This document shows positions 30,451 through 46,163 of a stretch of 64,000 nt of DNA, in pieces (within the stretch, counting starts at the first letter, position 1; each line of letters begins with the position of its first letter). Both the position numbers and the translations under genes were made by a program. A model generated the notes under the pieces. The model ran no database searches, was not told where the DNA came from, and worked only from the letters and a program-made list of their open reading frames with translations. Source of the DNA: the human T2T-CHM13v2.0 reference genome, Homo sapiens; assembly GCF_009914755.1 (NCBI RefSeq), contig NC_060932.1. One strand, written 5' to 3'.

Positions 30451-31279
30451 GAGATAGGGAATCCTTGCAGGCCCCCAGCCGGGGCTCAGGCACAGAGACA
30501 GTGCAGGTGGGCAAAGGGAGGAGACGTGGAGAAATATTTTGGAGGCATGCCCTGATGAATGAGCCCAGGATGCACCCTTAGTGTCAGTGTGGAGCTCTTT
30601 CCTTGACTGTGTGATGAGCTGAACTCGGGGGTATTTTCTGGACATTGAGGTGCTACACCAAGAGCCCAGGACAGGCTAAGTGAGCACTAGCAGCTCCTGG
30701 CCCACCTCAAAAGCAGGAGAGACAGGGGAGACTGGGGAGGCCGGGGCAGAAGGGGAAGCCAGGAAGGTAGGAGAGGCCAGGGAAGCAGAGGAGGCCAGGG
30801 AGGCAATGGAGGCAGGAGAGGCTGGGGAGGATGTGTCCTTTCCATGATTCTGCCCTGGATCCTAAGCCCCTGAACTCCCTGAGCTTCCCCACCCCAAGGG
30901 CTGGAATCATGTTGCACAATGGTCTCCCCACTAAGCTCCTGATGGCAGCCCCTACCCTGCTGTGCTCCCTATTTCAACCCTAACAGCTCTCACAGTGGGC
31001 AGCACATAGTAGGTGCTCAGGAAACACTGGTGGGAGAGCACTCGGGTCTGCTCAGCACCTTCCTCTCTCCTCCAGCTCTCCCCTGTCACGAAATAATTCT
31101 GATAACGACACATGGACTTTGAGACCCTCTTCTATTACTTTCCATATGCTAATCCATCTATACCTCACAGCAGCCCTGGGGGTGGGTGCAATGAGGATGC
31201 CCATTTTATAGAGGAGGAGACTGAGGTATAAAGAGGGTAAGTGACATACGCACACTACGGGGGCTGGGGCCAAGTGATC

Positions 31280-31863
31280 AGAACACTCAATCCCCAAAGG
31301 CAAGGTGGATGCAGTTATCATAAAAGACAGCAGAGTCAAAGCTGCAACCAGAATAGCCCGACTCGCAGCGACCTATGGTGCCTGCTGATCGTGGCTTTCC
31401 TAGAAGTGAAATAGATAAGAAGCCTGCCACATTTCACTTGATCTGTGTTTGCAGAAGAGTTCTAGGTCAAGTGAGCAGAAGTCTAATCTGAATCATAAAA
31501 ACAGAGTCACAGTCCCCAGTCAATTTCCAGACATAAGCCAGTTCACAGACCTGGACTCCCTTGTCTGAATGGGAAGCCAGGTCCCCTCCAGAAAGGACTC
31601 TGCTACACTGCCAAAAATTTATACTGTCAATCTTCCTCCCAACCTGCCCCCAAGGGAATACACAGCCTTTCGCCAGGATGACTGAACAGGAGAAAAGGAA
31701 CTAATGAGACCTGTGCAGGATCACTGGACACAGGCTCTGAACTGGCACTAGGGCAAGACTAGGGTCTACTAGTCAGAATAGGCATTTTGGAGGTAAGGTG
31801 AATGTTGGTGCAAGTTCATGTCATGGTAGATCCATTGGGTCCCCAAATCCATCCTCTGGTTAT
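31280..31863 (+). mobile_element. ERVL internal fragment (gag end / protease), duplicated at ~37430-38010
   Basis: 'ttcctagaagtgaaatagataagaagcct...tcaatttccagacataagccagttcacagacc'; CTG GAC ACA GGC TCT GAA CTG at 31724 encodes the aspartic-protease motif LDTGSEL; matches recalled HERV-L sequence. Confidence 0.8.
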
Positions 31864-32180
31864 ATACAAAGAGGCAATGTTGAGATTCAAATTCAGGGCA
31901 ACCAACATAGAGCCTGGGCTCTTACTCATGAAACATTCTGACACTAGTAACCAATTTAAAAGTGCAAACACCTCCTGGGGCTAGCCAGAGTCCCCAAAAC
32001 AGTCATGTCAATTGGTTCTGTCAAGAATTTCCTCCCACCCCCTGCTGAGAGCCAGTTGCAAGGAGAGACTAGGGAAGGGCATTGGGTAACTTTGTTGCTA
32101 AAAGCTCTTCTGGATAAAGACGTATGGGAAAAGAAGCAAATAGAGTTCAGCAGAAGAGGTAAGAAAGTAAGTTTATGTTT

Positions 32181-32512
<332 letters not shown>

Positions 32513-35107
32513 TTATTATCTCGGTGAATCCCATATAACCTTCCTATCAAAGTGTATCTCATTTATCTCCATTTTATAGATGAGAAAACTGAGGCCCCTG
32601 GAGTAGTATTAATTTTCCAAGACCACATTGCTCATAAAGGGTACAGCAGGGACCCAAGCTCGACACTCTCACCCTCAAACATTTCCACAAGTGTGGACCA
32701 ATGGCTCTTAACTGGGGTGGTTTTGCTCACGTACCGCTCCCTTGCCCCACATTATTTGAAACCATCTGGAGACGTCTGGGGTAGCCATAGCAGGGAGGGT
32801 AGAATGGCACCTAGAGGATGGAGACCACAGATGCTGCTAACCATCCTTCAATACACAGGACAGCCCCACCACCAGCACCACGAATGGTCTCACCACAAAT
32901 ATTCTGACTGTGCCAAAGCTGAGAAACCCAGGTTTCTCCTCAGCAAGAAGGAAAATCCCTGCAACGTGGATGCACCTCTACAGGAGCCCCAGGCTGACAA
33001 TAACCTTCCTGATCTGGTTTCAACCCTGGATGCTTTTACCAGGTGCGTCCATCAGGGATTTCAGGGACTCCAGTGAGTTATTACCCTCGAATGCTCGGTT
33101 CTGCCTGACAACCCAGAAATCTCTGACAAGATGCCTGGTCTTGGGGAAGGCTCAGCAAGTGGTTGAGGTTGACAACCAAATACCTAGGAGAGACTTTTCT
33201 CTCCCTCCAGGAGGAGCTGTGGGTCAGACACACCCTGGGATCATTCACAAGTTGTCAATAAAGACTTGGGGAGGGCCAGGTTTTCTAGGCCTTCTCAATG
33301 GGGTGGGTGTTTGTGGATACACAAGAAGCCTGTGAAACTTCTGATATTGGCAGGAAATCAATGCACCCCACCCTCCACCCCTCCCCACATCCCCACCATA
33401 AACACATGCCCTGCAGGGCAGGACTTGGCACTCAAGGGCTCCTGGTGTCCCGATTTATCTGCTAAAACATCCTCTAGCCACCAACGAATAAAGCAACCCC
33501 TTGCCACCCAACCACAAGAGCACAGCCTGGGAGCCACTCCAAGGGACATCCAGTCACATTAAAACCTCAGCCATCCAGAGCACCAGGCCTGGTGATGAGA
33601 AAGAACATTTTGTCCTTAAAAGCATCTGAATGCCCATGCTGCTTCTTGCAGAGAAAAGTCCAAAATAATCTGCTATTAAAGAACGAGGATGGTTTTGGCA
33701 TTTTTACCAAGCTAATGGTCTACACAGACAAAATCTCATAAAAGGGCACTCTGTTCTTCTTGATCCACTCAGACATGGCCTGTGAGTGAAGAAACGGCTC
33801 TCCTCCTCAAAGAAATCACTGCTGATTCTCACACCAGCCTGACACTGCTTCATGGGTTCTTCAAAGAGAGTATTCCCATAGAAACTAAAAGGGAAGAGGA
33901 ATGTGTCTGGCGGGCATTGTGGGCAGCAGTGGGCTTTGGGCCAAATTTTAAGTTTGAAAATCAAGATTGCCTCTTTTTGAGGGGCCGCCGGACTGAGCAG
34001 ATACAAACACCGTGAAAAGAGGGTGCCATGTTCAGATTCAGGAAACAAGGATGGTTTCTGTTTAGTTCCTCCATCAACCTTCAGGTCATGCGATTCCCAT
34101 TTCCCTCTGTGGACCAAACAATTCAGTGGGGTTTCTGTCTTTTAAATATTTCATTATCAACATATCATCCTTTTAGCCTCTAGAAAGCATTTTAACATGA
34201 AGATTCTGGCTTAAGACTCTTGTGGGTCTGTGTCTCTCTCTCTCTCTATCTCTCTTCCTTGAAACAGAGTCTCACTTTGTCACCCAGGCTGGAGTGCAGT
34301 GGCATGATCACAGCTCACTGCAGCCCGACCTTCCAGGCTCTAACAATCCTCCCACCTCAGCCTCCAAAGTCCTTGGGACTACAGGCACACACCACCATAC
34401 CTGGCTTTATTTTTTATTTTTTTTATTTTTGGTTGATATGAGGCTTCACCACCGTGCCCAGGCTGGTCTTAAACTCCTGGGCTCAAGCGATCCTCCCCTT
34501 TCGGCCTCTCAAAGTGCTGGGATTATTGGCTTGAGCCACCATGCCCAGCCAAGAACCTTGTCTCTTGTGATGCACCCCAGAACAAAACATCACTGCAAAA
34601 ACACACCAAGGCATGAGTTTTAGTCCTAACTCTCATTTATCCACCATACACTATGTGCCAGGCACAATCCTAAGTGCTTCTGTGGATAAGCTTCCCTTAA
34701 TCTCAGCAGTAAACCCCAGGCAATGGGACCTGTTGACAGATCCATTTGCCACTGAAGACAGTAAGGCTCAGAGAGGGTAAGAGGCTTGTGCCATGTCAGC
34801 CAGCTAAGGAGGGGCAGAACCAGGATGCAAACCCCAGCCGCCTGGCTCCAGACTCGCGTTCCCAAGGTCCCACTACACTTGGTCACTCCACTGCATTCTG
34901 GTATCCTGGTCTTTGGCAGAGTCCACGTAAAAGAAGGAGGTGGAAGGAGTGAGAGGGACTTCACGCAATAAAGTTTCCTGGTGTTACACTGCCACCGTAA
35001 TTGTGTTCCCGACCAGGACCTCTCCCTTCTCATCCTTTCCGTGATCGGCCCTGGAAAACCTTCCAGAGAACTGTCCTCCTTCTCCCGGGATCTCAGAGAA
35101 AATTCAC

Positions 35108-36109
35108 CTGAGTTCAGTGTCCAGGTGACCCAAGCTCTGAATGCAGTAACGTGCACGGGGAGATGAGGATGTCACCATGAGCAAGCCTCCCAGACAGCAA
35201 CCGGGAGCAACCCCAAGACAGGGCAGGGGGGGCTCTGATGCAGCCCGCGGCGAGGAGGGCTGCCCGTGCTGCCTAAATGGGTTCAGAATGAAGGCCGCCC
35301 TCCCATCTTCAACCCGGGGTCGGCCACGGAGCCTCCCGCCACCTCTACCCCGTGTCGCAGGCACCCCCGCGCCCCCGGCACCCCCGGACCCCCGCGCCCG
35401 CGTCACTTACTCCTTTGCCGTCGCCACCTGTCTGGGTGCCGGTCTCCTCCCTGCCCGGCCGCGGCGCGTCCTCCCCGTCCTCGCAGTCCTCGGGCTGTGC
35501 GCTTCCCCCCTCCAGCAACAGCCGCAGCCTCTTCTCTTCGGGAGGGACGTCGTCCTCCTCCCTCCTGGGCCAGCCATCCCTACCTCAGGGCTTGCCAGTG
35601 GCTTCGGAGCTGCCGGAAGGGCTGGCCATGACTCCGGGGGCTCTGCCTGCACTTGGGGAAGAAGAAGGACCCAGCGCGAGCGTCCTCTCGGCGGAGCTGG
35701 GGAGTCTGAGCGCGGGCTCGTTGGGTCCGCGCGGCGCGGAGCTGGGCATCCGGGCGGCGCGGGCTCTTCGGCGGGCCGCTCCTGGCTCTCTGGCGCCCTC
35801 TGCTGGCCTCTCCCGCACACCGCCGCCACGCCGGGCTCGGGCCTGCGCCGCTCTCACCTGTCCTGGCCCAGGAAGTCGCTGTCCCTTGCCCGTGGCCAGG
35901 CCCGCTCTGGCCAGGCCCTGCACCTCCTCCCCGCCCCAGCCAGGTTGCACCCCGATAGTCTCCCTGCCGAAGGAGGAGAGAAGAGAAGGGACGCCCGGAG
36001 AGGGTGGACATCGGCCACAGCCACCTTGTCTTTGCTCTTACCCTGTTTCTTCCATGATTTGGAGGGGGTGGGAAAACCGAGGCTGCTCAAAACTCGTGGA
36101 GAATTCCGC
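35108..36109 (-). other. Candidate spliced transcription unit, copy 2 (predicted exons 36109-36042, 35963-35858, 35646-35411, 35136-35108)
   Basis: Same exon lengths (68/106/236/29 nt), same GT/AG sites and same ATG (36055) as copy 1. Confidence 0.4.
35230..36010. promoter_or_regulatory. CpG island, copy 2
   Basis: Paralog of 28980-29860; CG-dense. Confidence 0.8.
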
Positions 36110-38377
36110 CTGCAGGATGACATGAATGCACCTTCACATTGCCTACCAACAGATCTTTTTTGAGCATCACTGTGGACCAGGCGTGGTGATGGGGGAGGGG
36201 ATATTGCGGTGGACATGACAGGCATTGCCTTCATCCAGTGGGGCTCAGCGCTGGGTGGGAAGGCATTGAGAATGGACATTGTCAACTCGGCCAAAGGAGG
36301 CCAAGGAGAAGTGCTGGGGGCATGGGAACTGAAAAAGACAGGAGGCTCAGCCGGTCTTGCAGCTGGGAGAGGGACAGCAGCAGCGGCTGTTCCAAAGGAA
36401 GCAACAGCTGAGAGAGGTCTCAGAGAGTTGTTCTCAGCCCAGTGGAGGGTGTTCAGGCAGAGGGAACAGCGTGTGCAAAAGCCCAGAGGCTGGGAAAGAA
36501 GCAGAAAGAGGACTGTGGGGATGAAGCGTGGTGGGCAAGGGGCGACAGGCGTGGTGGGCGGACAGATTGCCTGGGACCCAGCCGTGCAGGGGCAGAGGAG
36601 ATAGGGGATCCTTCCAGACCCCCAGCCGGGGCTCAGGCACAGAGACAATGCAGGTGGGCAAAGGGAGGAGACGTGGAGAAATATTTTGGAGGCATGCCCT
36701 GATGAATGAGCCCAGGATGCACCCTTAGTGTCAGTGTGGAGCTCCTTCCTTGGTTGTGTGATGAGCTGAACCCGGGGGTATTTTCTGGACATCGAAGTGC
36801 TACACCCAGAGTCCAGGACAGGCTAAGTGAGCACCAGCAGCTCCTGGCCCACCTCAGAAGCAGGAAAGACAGGGGAGACTGGGGAGGCCGGGGCAGAAGG
36901 GGAAGCCAGGAAGGCAGGAGAGGCCAGGGAAGCAGAGGAGGCCAGGGAGGCAGGGGACGCAGGAGAGGCTGGGGAGGCTGTGTCCTTTCCATGATTCTGC
37001 CCAGGATCCTAGGCCCCTGTACTCCCTGAGCTTCCCCACCCCAAGCGCTGGAATCATGTTGCACAATGGTCTCCCCACTAAGCTCCTGATGGCAGCCCCT
37101 ACCCTGCTGTGCTCCCTATTTCAACCCTAACAGCTCTCACAGTGGACAGCACATAGTAGGTGCTCAGGAAACACTGGTGGGAGAGCACTCGGGTCTGCTC
37201 AGCACCTTCCTCTCTCTTCCAGCTCTCCCCTGTCACGAAATAATTCTGATAACGACACATGGGCTTTGAGACCCTCTTCTATTACTTTCCATATGCTAAT
37301 CCATCTATACCTCACAGCAGCCCTGGGGGTGGGTGCAATGAGGATGCCCATTTTATAGAGGAGGAGATTGAGGTATAAAGAGGGTAAGTGACATAGGCAC
37401 ACTACAGTGGCTGGGGCTAAGTGATCAGAGCACTCAATCCCCAAAGGCAAGGTGGATGCAGTTACCATAAAAGACAGCAGAGTCAAAGCTGCAACCAGAA
37501 TACCCTGACTCGCAGAGACCTATGGTGCCTGCTGATCGTGGCTTTCCTAGAAGTGAAATAGATAAGAAGCCTGCCACATTTTTACTTGATCTGTGTTTGC
37601 AGAAGAGTTCTAGGTCAGGTGAGCAGAAGTCTAATCTGAATCATAAAAACAGTGTCACAGACCCCATTCAATTCCCAGCCATAAGCCAGTTCACAGACCC
37701 GGAGTCCCTTGTCTGAATGGGAAGCCAGGTCCCCTCCAGAAAGGACTCTGCTCCACTGCCAAAAATTTATACTGTCAATCTTTCTCCCAGCCTGCCCCCA
37801 AGGGAATACACAGCCTTTACCAGGATGACTGAACAGGAGAAAAGGAACTAATGAGACCTGTGCAGGATCACTGGACACAGGCTCTGAACTGGCACTAGGC
37901 TGAGACTAGGGTCTACCAGTCAGAATACACATTTTTTAGGTCAGGTGAATGTTGGTCCAAGTTCATGTCATGGTAGATCCATTGGGTCCCCCAATCCATC
38001 CTCTGGTTATATACAAAATGGCCATGTTGAGATTTAAATTCAGGGTATCCAACTTAGAGGCTGTGCTCTTACTCATGAAACATTCTGACACTACTAACCA
38101 ATTTAAAAATGCAAACACCTCCTGGGGCTAGCGAGAGTCCTCCAAACAGTCATGTAAATTGGTTCTGTCAAGGATTTCCTCCTACCCACCCCACCCACCA
38201 CTGAGAGCCAGTTGCAAGGAGAGACTAGGGAAGGGCATTGGGTAACTTTGTTGCTAAAAGCTCTTCTGGATAAAGAAGAGCTTTACCAGGAAAAAGAAGC
38301 AAAATAGAGTTCAGCAGAAGTTGCGAAAAGAAGCAAATAGAGTTCAGCAGAAGAGGTAAGAAAGTAAGTTTATGTTT

Positions 38378-38751
<374 letters not shown>

Positions 38752-38875
38752 CTACAAGATGTTGTGGCAGCAATATTTACAGCCAGTCACTCCTGGCCGG
38801 CTGAGCCACTTTTCAAAACACACTTGCACGGCTGTGCAGAGTGGCTGGCTCCACTGTCAGCCGGCAGAGTAATAA

Positions 38876-39208
<333 letters not shown>

Positions 39209-39964
39209 TGGTAAGCACTTTTAATCAATGCAACAGGAATAAACATTTGCTGCAGAGCGGCAATGTGCAGGGAGGAACATGCTTCCACTCAGGATCAGAA
39301 AGCAAAACCTCCTGGCTGTTTGCATCTATGCAAGAGCTCACAGGAAAAGCCCTCTGTGTGGCTGCCAGCCTCACACACTCCCCCCAAGGGGTGAGTTTCT
39401 CTTTCCATGTTAATCTATGCTCTGACGTGCCATCTGTCAACCACCACACCATTCTCAGTTGCCCTTTCAAAGCATCTTTGCCCTGAGAATGGTCACCAGC
39501 CCTGCCCTGCAAGCCCCCAGGTGACAATGAACTTAAATGAGAGAGAAAACAGGTTTCGGGGTGGATTTCAGTTCAGCATCTTGGAGTCTCTGTGTGGACA
39601 TGAAATCTGTCTCCCCAGCTGTGGGCTGCATCCTTGTTTGTCATCTGGTTTGGTTCTTGGGGACTTGGAAACTCGTGGGCACCTTTGCAATTTGTCAAGA
39701 AGCTGCACGGCCCTTCCAACAAAAGCAAGGAATAGGAGCAGAAGCCCAAGGCTTCAGATCAAGGTGCAATTTAAAGCAGCCTCAGTGTAAAAGCAAACAA
39801 GAGCCAGAGGGATGCCTAAGGCAGAGTCTAGACCCCAGGGCAACTATAAGGCAAAGAGAAAGAGAGAGAGAGACAGAGACAGAAAGACAGAGAGAGATGG
39901 GGGGACACAGGAGGCACCCAGGCCTCTGGATCAAAATCCCTACAAGAGGGGCCTCCTAAAAATG

Positions 39965-40205
39965 CAGGAGGCTGAGGTGGGTGCACACAGAAGTTCAAGA
40001 CTAGCCTGGGCAACATAGCAAGACCGTGTCTTTACAAAAAATACAAAAATTAGCCGGGTGTGGTGGTGTATGTCTGTGGTCCCAGTTACCCAGGAGGCTG
40101 AGGTGGGAGGATGGCTTGAGCCCAGGAGGTAGAGCTGCAGCGAGCTGAGATAGCACCACTGCACTCCAGCCTGGGCAACAGAGTGAGACTTCATCTCAAA
40201 AAAAT
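39965..40205 (+). mobile_element. 5'-truncated AluJ-like element
   Basis: 'gggaggatggcttgagcccaggagg...gctgcag'. Confidence 0.85.
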
Positions 40206-40612
40206 TTTAAAATATTTTTAAAAAGGATCGCCCCGGCTACTTGAATGGGTAATAAGAAGGTAAGAGCAGAAGCAAGGAGACCAGCAGGGACATTCTGCAG
40301 GTGGGAGTCCACAGTGGCTCAGACCAGGCTGGGGCTGAAGACTGGCTGAATTCTGTATATATTTTGATGATGAAGCAACTCACCGACTCTTGAAGAGTGG
40401 GCTCTAGGAGACGGTATTTTTAACAAGCTCTCAGAGGATTCTAATGCAGGCTGAAGTTGAAGAACTGGTTTAGGTGAAGCTTCTGTTTCATCCTTGGGGA
40501 AGTACCTACTGACTTTTCTCTAAGCCACCTCAAAAGAGGTGCTAGACAAGATGTGCTCCAATGTCTGAACATGTGTGCATAGCTCTAGAGCCAACCTCAG
40601 GACACTGAGTCA

Positions 40613-41090
<478 letters not shown>

Positions 41091-41340
41091 AAAAGCCCGG
41101 AGGTGGGTGGGCGTGCAATCTATATCAGGTTGTGAGAAATCCTTCTCCACCACAGGACTCCTCAGTTGAAGACTAGAAAATGGTAGGAACTAGCCAGGTC
41201 GATAGGAGAGGTGTGGAAGATCATTCCCAGCAGAGGGAAGAGCATGTGCAAAAATCGAGACGTGAGAGGGTGAGGAGCTGAGAGATGTTCATATAATTAT
41301 AAAAAGTGACTAACATAGAGGTAAGTTGGAGCCAAATCTT

Positions 41341-41653
<313 letters not shown>

Positions 41654-43404
41654 GGAGCCAAATCTTAAAGGCTCTTTGTCGTGTCTATCCTGTAGACAAA
41701 GGGAGACAGTAGATGTTTTTAGACAGGGGAGTAATGATCCACTTTGTGCTAGAACAAGAGCAGTCTGGCTGGAGGAGAGTGGGAGGTGAGTAGACCAGGT
41801 AGGAGGCTGCAATACACCAAGTGAGACAAGATGGTTGGCTGGACCAAGGCTGTGGCAGTGAGGATGGAGAGGAGACAGTAGACTAACTTGACTGAGAAAG
41901 AGGGAGGAATGAAGGAGGAGGCCCAGGTGTTTTGGAAGCTGGGTGGATGGTGGTGTGAATCTGACGTGGTGAGCCCAGGCAGAAGAGGAAATCAGGAGAG
42001 GCAAGGTAAGATGAGGTCAATGCAAGACAGACAGCCAAGTGGAGATAACAAGTGGGCAGTTGGATTCATCAGCCTGGAGTTATACAGAGAGCTCTGGAAT
42101 GGAAATAAAGAGGAAAGGACTTTGGGAATAGGTGAATCCTCCCAGAATAATGTGTAGAGAAAGGAGAATAGAACACAGGGGACAGAAAAAGGGAAGAGAT
42201 TTGTTATTAAAACCAACCATCCATCAGACATCCCCCAATAAAACACTTGTTAGAGGTTTCCTCAGTGTGAGTTATTCAGGACCAGAGCTAAAGACCATAT
42301 TCCCAATAAAATCACTGGTGGGAAGGTCTTCATGAAAACATTTAATTCTGCTTTTAAAACAACAACAACAACAAAAAGGCTTTAGCTACCGCACAGACCC
42401 TGGAGCAATTTTTCGGCAAGAGTCTATCAAACACGAATCTGATCTGACTCAAGGAGGTGTCATATCAAGTGTAAAAATCCAATTCCAATGTCCTTAAAAG
42501 CCTTTCTGCCAGGTACAAGACCCTAATCCAATTGAAGTGATTTTCTATTGATTAATAGGCTGGGAATACACAGGTTGTTTGTTTTTGAGATTTCCCTCCC
42601 TGTGCCTTCATGGCAGCTGTGAAAGAGTCAAAAGGCTCCTAACTGTCAAAATAAAAATGACACTTGGTCACAGAGGAAACAGATTATAGGTCAATCACAT
42701 TGATGACTTTTTAACTATGAGAAGCCATTAATCTTACTGAATAAGCAAATCTGTTTACATAACCAGATTTTTATAGGCTACTGGGAATAAAGGTTTTCCT
42801 AAGTGGGTGATTTGTACAACGATAGCCTTTGGGTCTCTGATGGAACAGCTCTGATGAGGAAATGTTCCTTTAATTATGTGGAAGGCCAATTACCACGTTA
42901 TCGCCACATTGTTTTTCAGATTGCATGTAATTTCACCATTTCCATAGCTTCAGCACTATAATTCTGGAGAAAATTCAGGCACCAAGGAGACACCTGAGGC
43001 ACATTATGCTGGAGACAAAGATGTTTTAGCGAATTCAATTTAAGCTTCAACATTAAAGTTATTTTCTTGAAAAAAAACATATTGCAATAATGAGCTTGTG
43101 TATGTCAACTCTATAGTGGAGGTAATAATATCTAGAGAGAGCATGTCCCGTCTCCTCTTTTTAATGCTCATTTGAGTAATACATAATGCTATAGAGAGAA
43201 CCTTTCTCTAATATGTGCTTCATCTCAGGCTAAGTGTGTTTTGGGCAACTGTGCTTCATGGAAAAAAAAAAAAGGTAAAGGATCTAATTGGGGAGCCATT
43301 CACAAAAGTGTTACCACTTGATTTTTTTTATACTCTGAGATTTCTTATTCCCAGTGCCTACCAGGAAAGGACTTTCTGGAGAAGCTCAGATTAATCACTC
43401 CTTA

Positions 43405-44800
43405 TGAGAGGTGACAGTGTGCTGGCAGCCCTCACAGCCCTCATTCGCTCTTGGTGCCTCCTCTGCCTGTGCTCCCACTTTGGCGGAACTTGAGGAGCCC
43501 TTCAGCCCGTGGCTGCATGGTGGGAGCCCCTGTCTGGGCTGGCCAAGGTCGGAGCTGGCTCCCTCAGCTTGCAGGGAGGTGTGGAGGGAGAGGCATGAGC
43601 CAGAACTGGGGCTACACATGCTGCTTGCCTGCCGGCTGAAGTTCCAGGTGGGCATGGGCTTGGCGGCCCTGCACTAGGAGCTGCTGGCCAGCCTAGCCGG
43701 CCCGGGCAGTGAGGGGCTTAGCACCTGGGCCAGCAGCTGCTGTGCTTGACTTCTCGCCGGGCCTTAGCTGCCTCCCCATGGGGCAGGGCTCAGGACCTGC
43801 ATCCCGCCATTCCTTAGCCTCCCCCCTCTGTGGGCTCCTGTGCAGCCCGAGCCTCCCCAACAAGCACCTTCCCCTGCTCCACGGTGCCCAGTCCCTTCGA
43901 CCACCCAAGGGCTGAGGAGTGTGGGCGCACAGAGAGGGACTGGCAGGCAGCTCCACCTGTGGCTCCTGTGTGGGATCCACTGGGTGAAGCCAGCTGTGCT
44001 CCTGAGTCTGATGGAGACTTGTAGAACCTTTATGTCTAGCTAAGGGATTGTAAATACACCAATCGGCACTCTGTATCTAGCTCAAGGTTTTTAAACACAC
44101 CAATCAGCACCCTGTGTCTAGCTCAGTGTTTGTGAATGCACCAGTCGACACTCTGTATCTAGCTACTAGGGTGGGGACTTGGAGAACCTTTGTGTGGACA
44201 CTCTGTATCTAGCTAATCTAGTGGGGATGTGGGGAGCCTTTGTGTCTAGCTCAGGGATTGTAAACGTACCAGTCAGCACCCTGTCGAAACAGACCACTCA
44301 GGCTCTCTGTAAAATGGACCAATCAGCAGGATGTGGGTGGGGCCAGGTAAGAGAATAAAAACAGGCTGCCCGAGCCAGCAGTGGCAACCCGCTGGGGTCC
44401 CCTTCCACACTGTGGAAGCTTTGTTCTTTTGCTCTTTGCAATAAATCTTGTTGCTCCTCACTCTTTGGGTCCACACTGCCTTTATGAGCTGTAACACTCA
44501 CTGAGAAGGTCTGCAGCTTCACTCCTGAAGCCAGTGAGACCATGAACCCATCAGGAGAAATGAACAACTCCAGACGTGCAGCCTTAAGAGCTGTAACACT
44601 CACTGTGAAGGTCTGCAGCTTCACTCCTGAGCCAGCAAGACCAGGAACCCCACCAGAAGGAAGTAACTGCGAACACATCTGAACATCAGAAGGAACAAAC
44701 TCCAGACACGCCACCTTTAAGAACTGTAACACTCACCAGGAGGGTCCGCGGCTTCATTCTTGAAGTCAGTGAGACCAAGAACCCACCAATTCCGGACACA
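43405..44800 (+). mobile_element. Solo LTR12 (LTR12C-like, HERV9 family)
   Basis: Starts TGAGAGGTGACAG and ends CCAATTCCGGACACA; internal tandem CCAAT-box repeats ('accaatcagcac...ctagctc'); AATAAA; 4-bp TSD CTTA on both sides. Confidence 0.95.
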
Positions 44801-45224
44801 CTTACACACTTGGCACTGGGAGGTCTGTATGGAGCAAGTGAGGAAATCAGCAGAGTAAAGATAGAGGGAGAACAACATGATGGGGGAAAGCAAAGTTACT
44901 GCCATGTAGGTTTCAATTCTGCCACTCATGACTGAGACCCATGACCTCCTCTCTCTAGGACTCTGTTGTTCTTATCTGTAGAGTGGAGGAATAGAAGGGT
45001 CTTTTAAAGTATTAACATTTCCTGACCTATCTGTAAAACACTTTCTTTCAAACTGATGGGAATCTTGACTACTTTGCCAAGAGGACATAATAATCATCAA
45101 GCTGAATGCACCAAACAACATTGCCTGAAACTATCTAAGCAAAAACTGACAAAGTTACACAGGACAGACAAACCTCCTATGAGAGTAAGAACTCTTCAGC
45201 ACATGCTTAGTGTGTCAAAGACAA

Positions 45225-45600
45225 TGCTGTGTTCACACCATTCCTCTTCCTCTACATGCAGAAAGACTACATTTCCCAGCCTCACTTGCAGTTAGTTTGG
45301 AACCATGTGACTGCATTTCCACCAATAGGAATGTAAGAAATCACTTCTGGGCCAAGGTTATCAAAGGCAAGTGTGAGCTATGTTCCCTCTCTCCCTATCC
45401 ATATGGCTGCAAGTGAAAAACTCTGAGATGGCAGAATTAAAAGATGGAAACCTGCAGAATCTCTGAATCACTGTTGGACAAGGGCCCCCAAGGAGAACCC
45501 CTGCCCTGCACCAGACTATACTATGGGTGCCAACCCACTGAGAGTTCAGGGTTTATTCGTCTCAGCAGCAGTCTATTGTTACACTGACTAACATCCTAAG
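45225..45600. mobile_element. MLT1-type MaLR LTR relic
   Basis: 'gactacatttcccagcctcacttgcagttag...ccatgtgact...aagatggaa...ctctgaatcac...ccactgagagttcagggtttattcgt...acactgactaaca'. Confidence 0.65.
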
Positions 45601-45689
45601 GTTTGAGAGATCTAGCATATTGTTAACTGAAGCTAGATTTCAATTACACTGAGAACCTTATCTATTTAAAAATAAAAACTCTCCTAAAA

Positions 45690-45975
45690 AAAACAAATAA
45701 TCCACATTCCTTTTAACCACATGTGGAAAATTTGCAAAAAAAAAAAAAAAACTGGCCACATATTAGGCCATAAAGAAGTCTCAGCAAAATCCACTATACA
45801 ATTGACATTGTCCAGACCACATTTTCCTGACCATAATGCAATAAAATTAGAAGTCAACAGCAAGAAGATAGATAAACACAAGCACACATTTGGAAAATTA
45901 AAAATATCCTTTCATGAGTTAAATGAAAAATCACAATAGAAATTACTAGACATTTACAACAGAACGAAAATACAA
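45690..45975 (+). mobile_element. Old L1 ORF2 endonuclease-region fragment
   Basis: Translates ...GHILGHKEVS...PHFPDHNAIKLEVN, resembling L1 EN DHILGHK / SDHNAIKLE. Confidence 0.75.
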
Positions 45976-45978
45976 CTT

Positions 45979-46016
45979 TATATATATATACATATTTACA
46001 TATATATATACATATT

Positions 46017-46058
<42 letters not shown>
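45979..46058. repeat. (TA)n microsatellite
   Basis: Direct reading; lies at the 3' end of the VPS51 retrocopy. Confidence 0.95.
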
Positions 46059-46059
<1 letters not shown>

Positions 46060-46163
46060 TTTTCTTTGTGAGTCTTCCAACTTTGTTTTTCCTTTACAAG
46101 GTTATCTGGGAAATTCTGGGTTTCCTGCAAATCCTCATACAGTTTTATGCTGTTTGTCAATTT

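Noticed and set aside
29707-30645. 312-aa ORF open in both copies, taken as a single-exon gene
   Set aside because: Much of it overlaps an L2 relic, it has no recognisable domain, and its stop lies inside a splice-donor motif; kept only as part of the spliced hypothesis.
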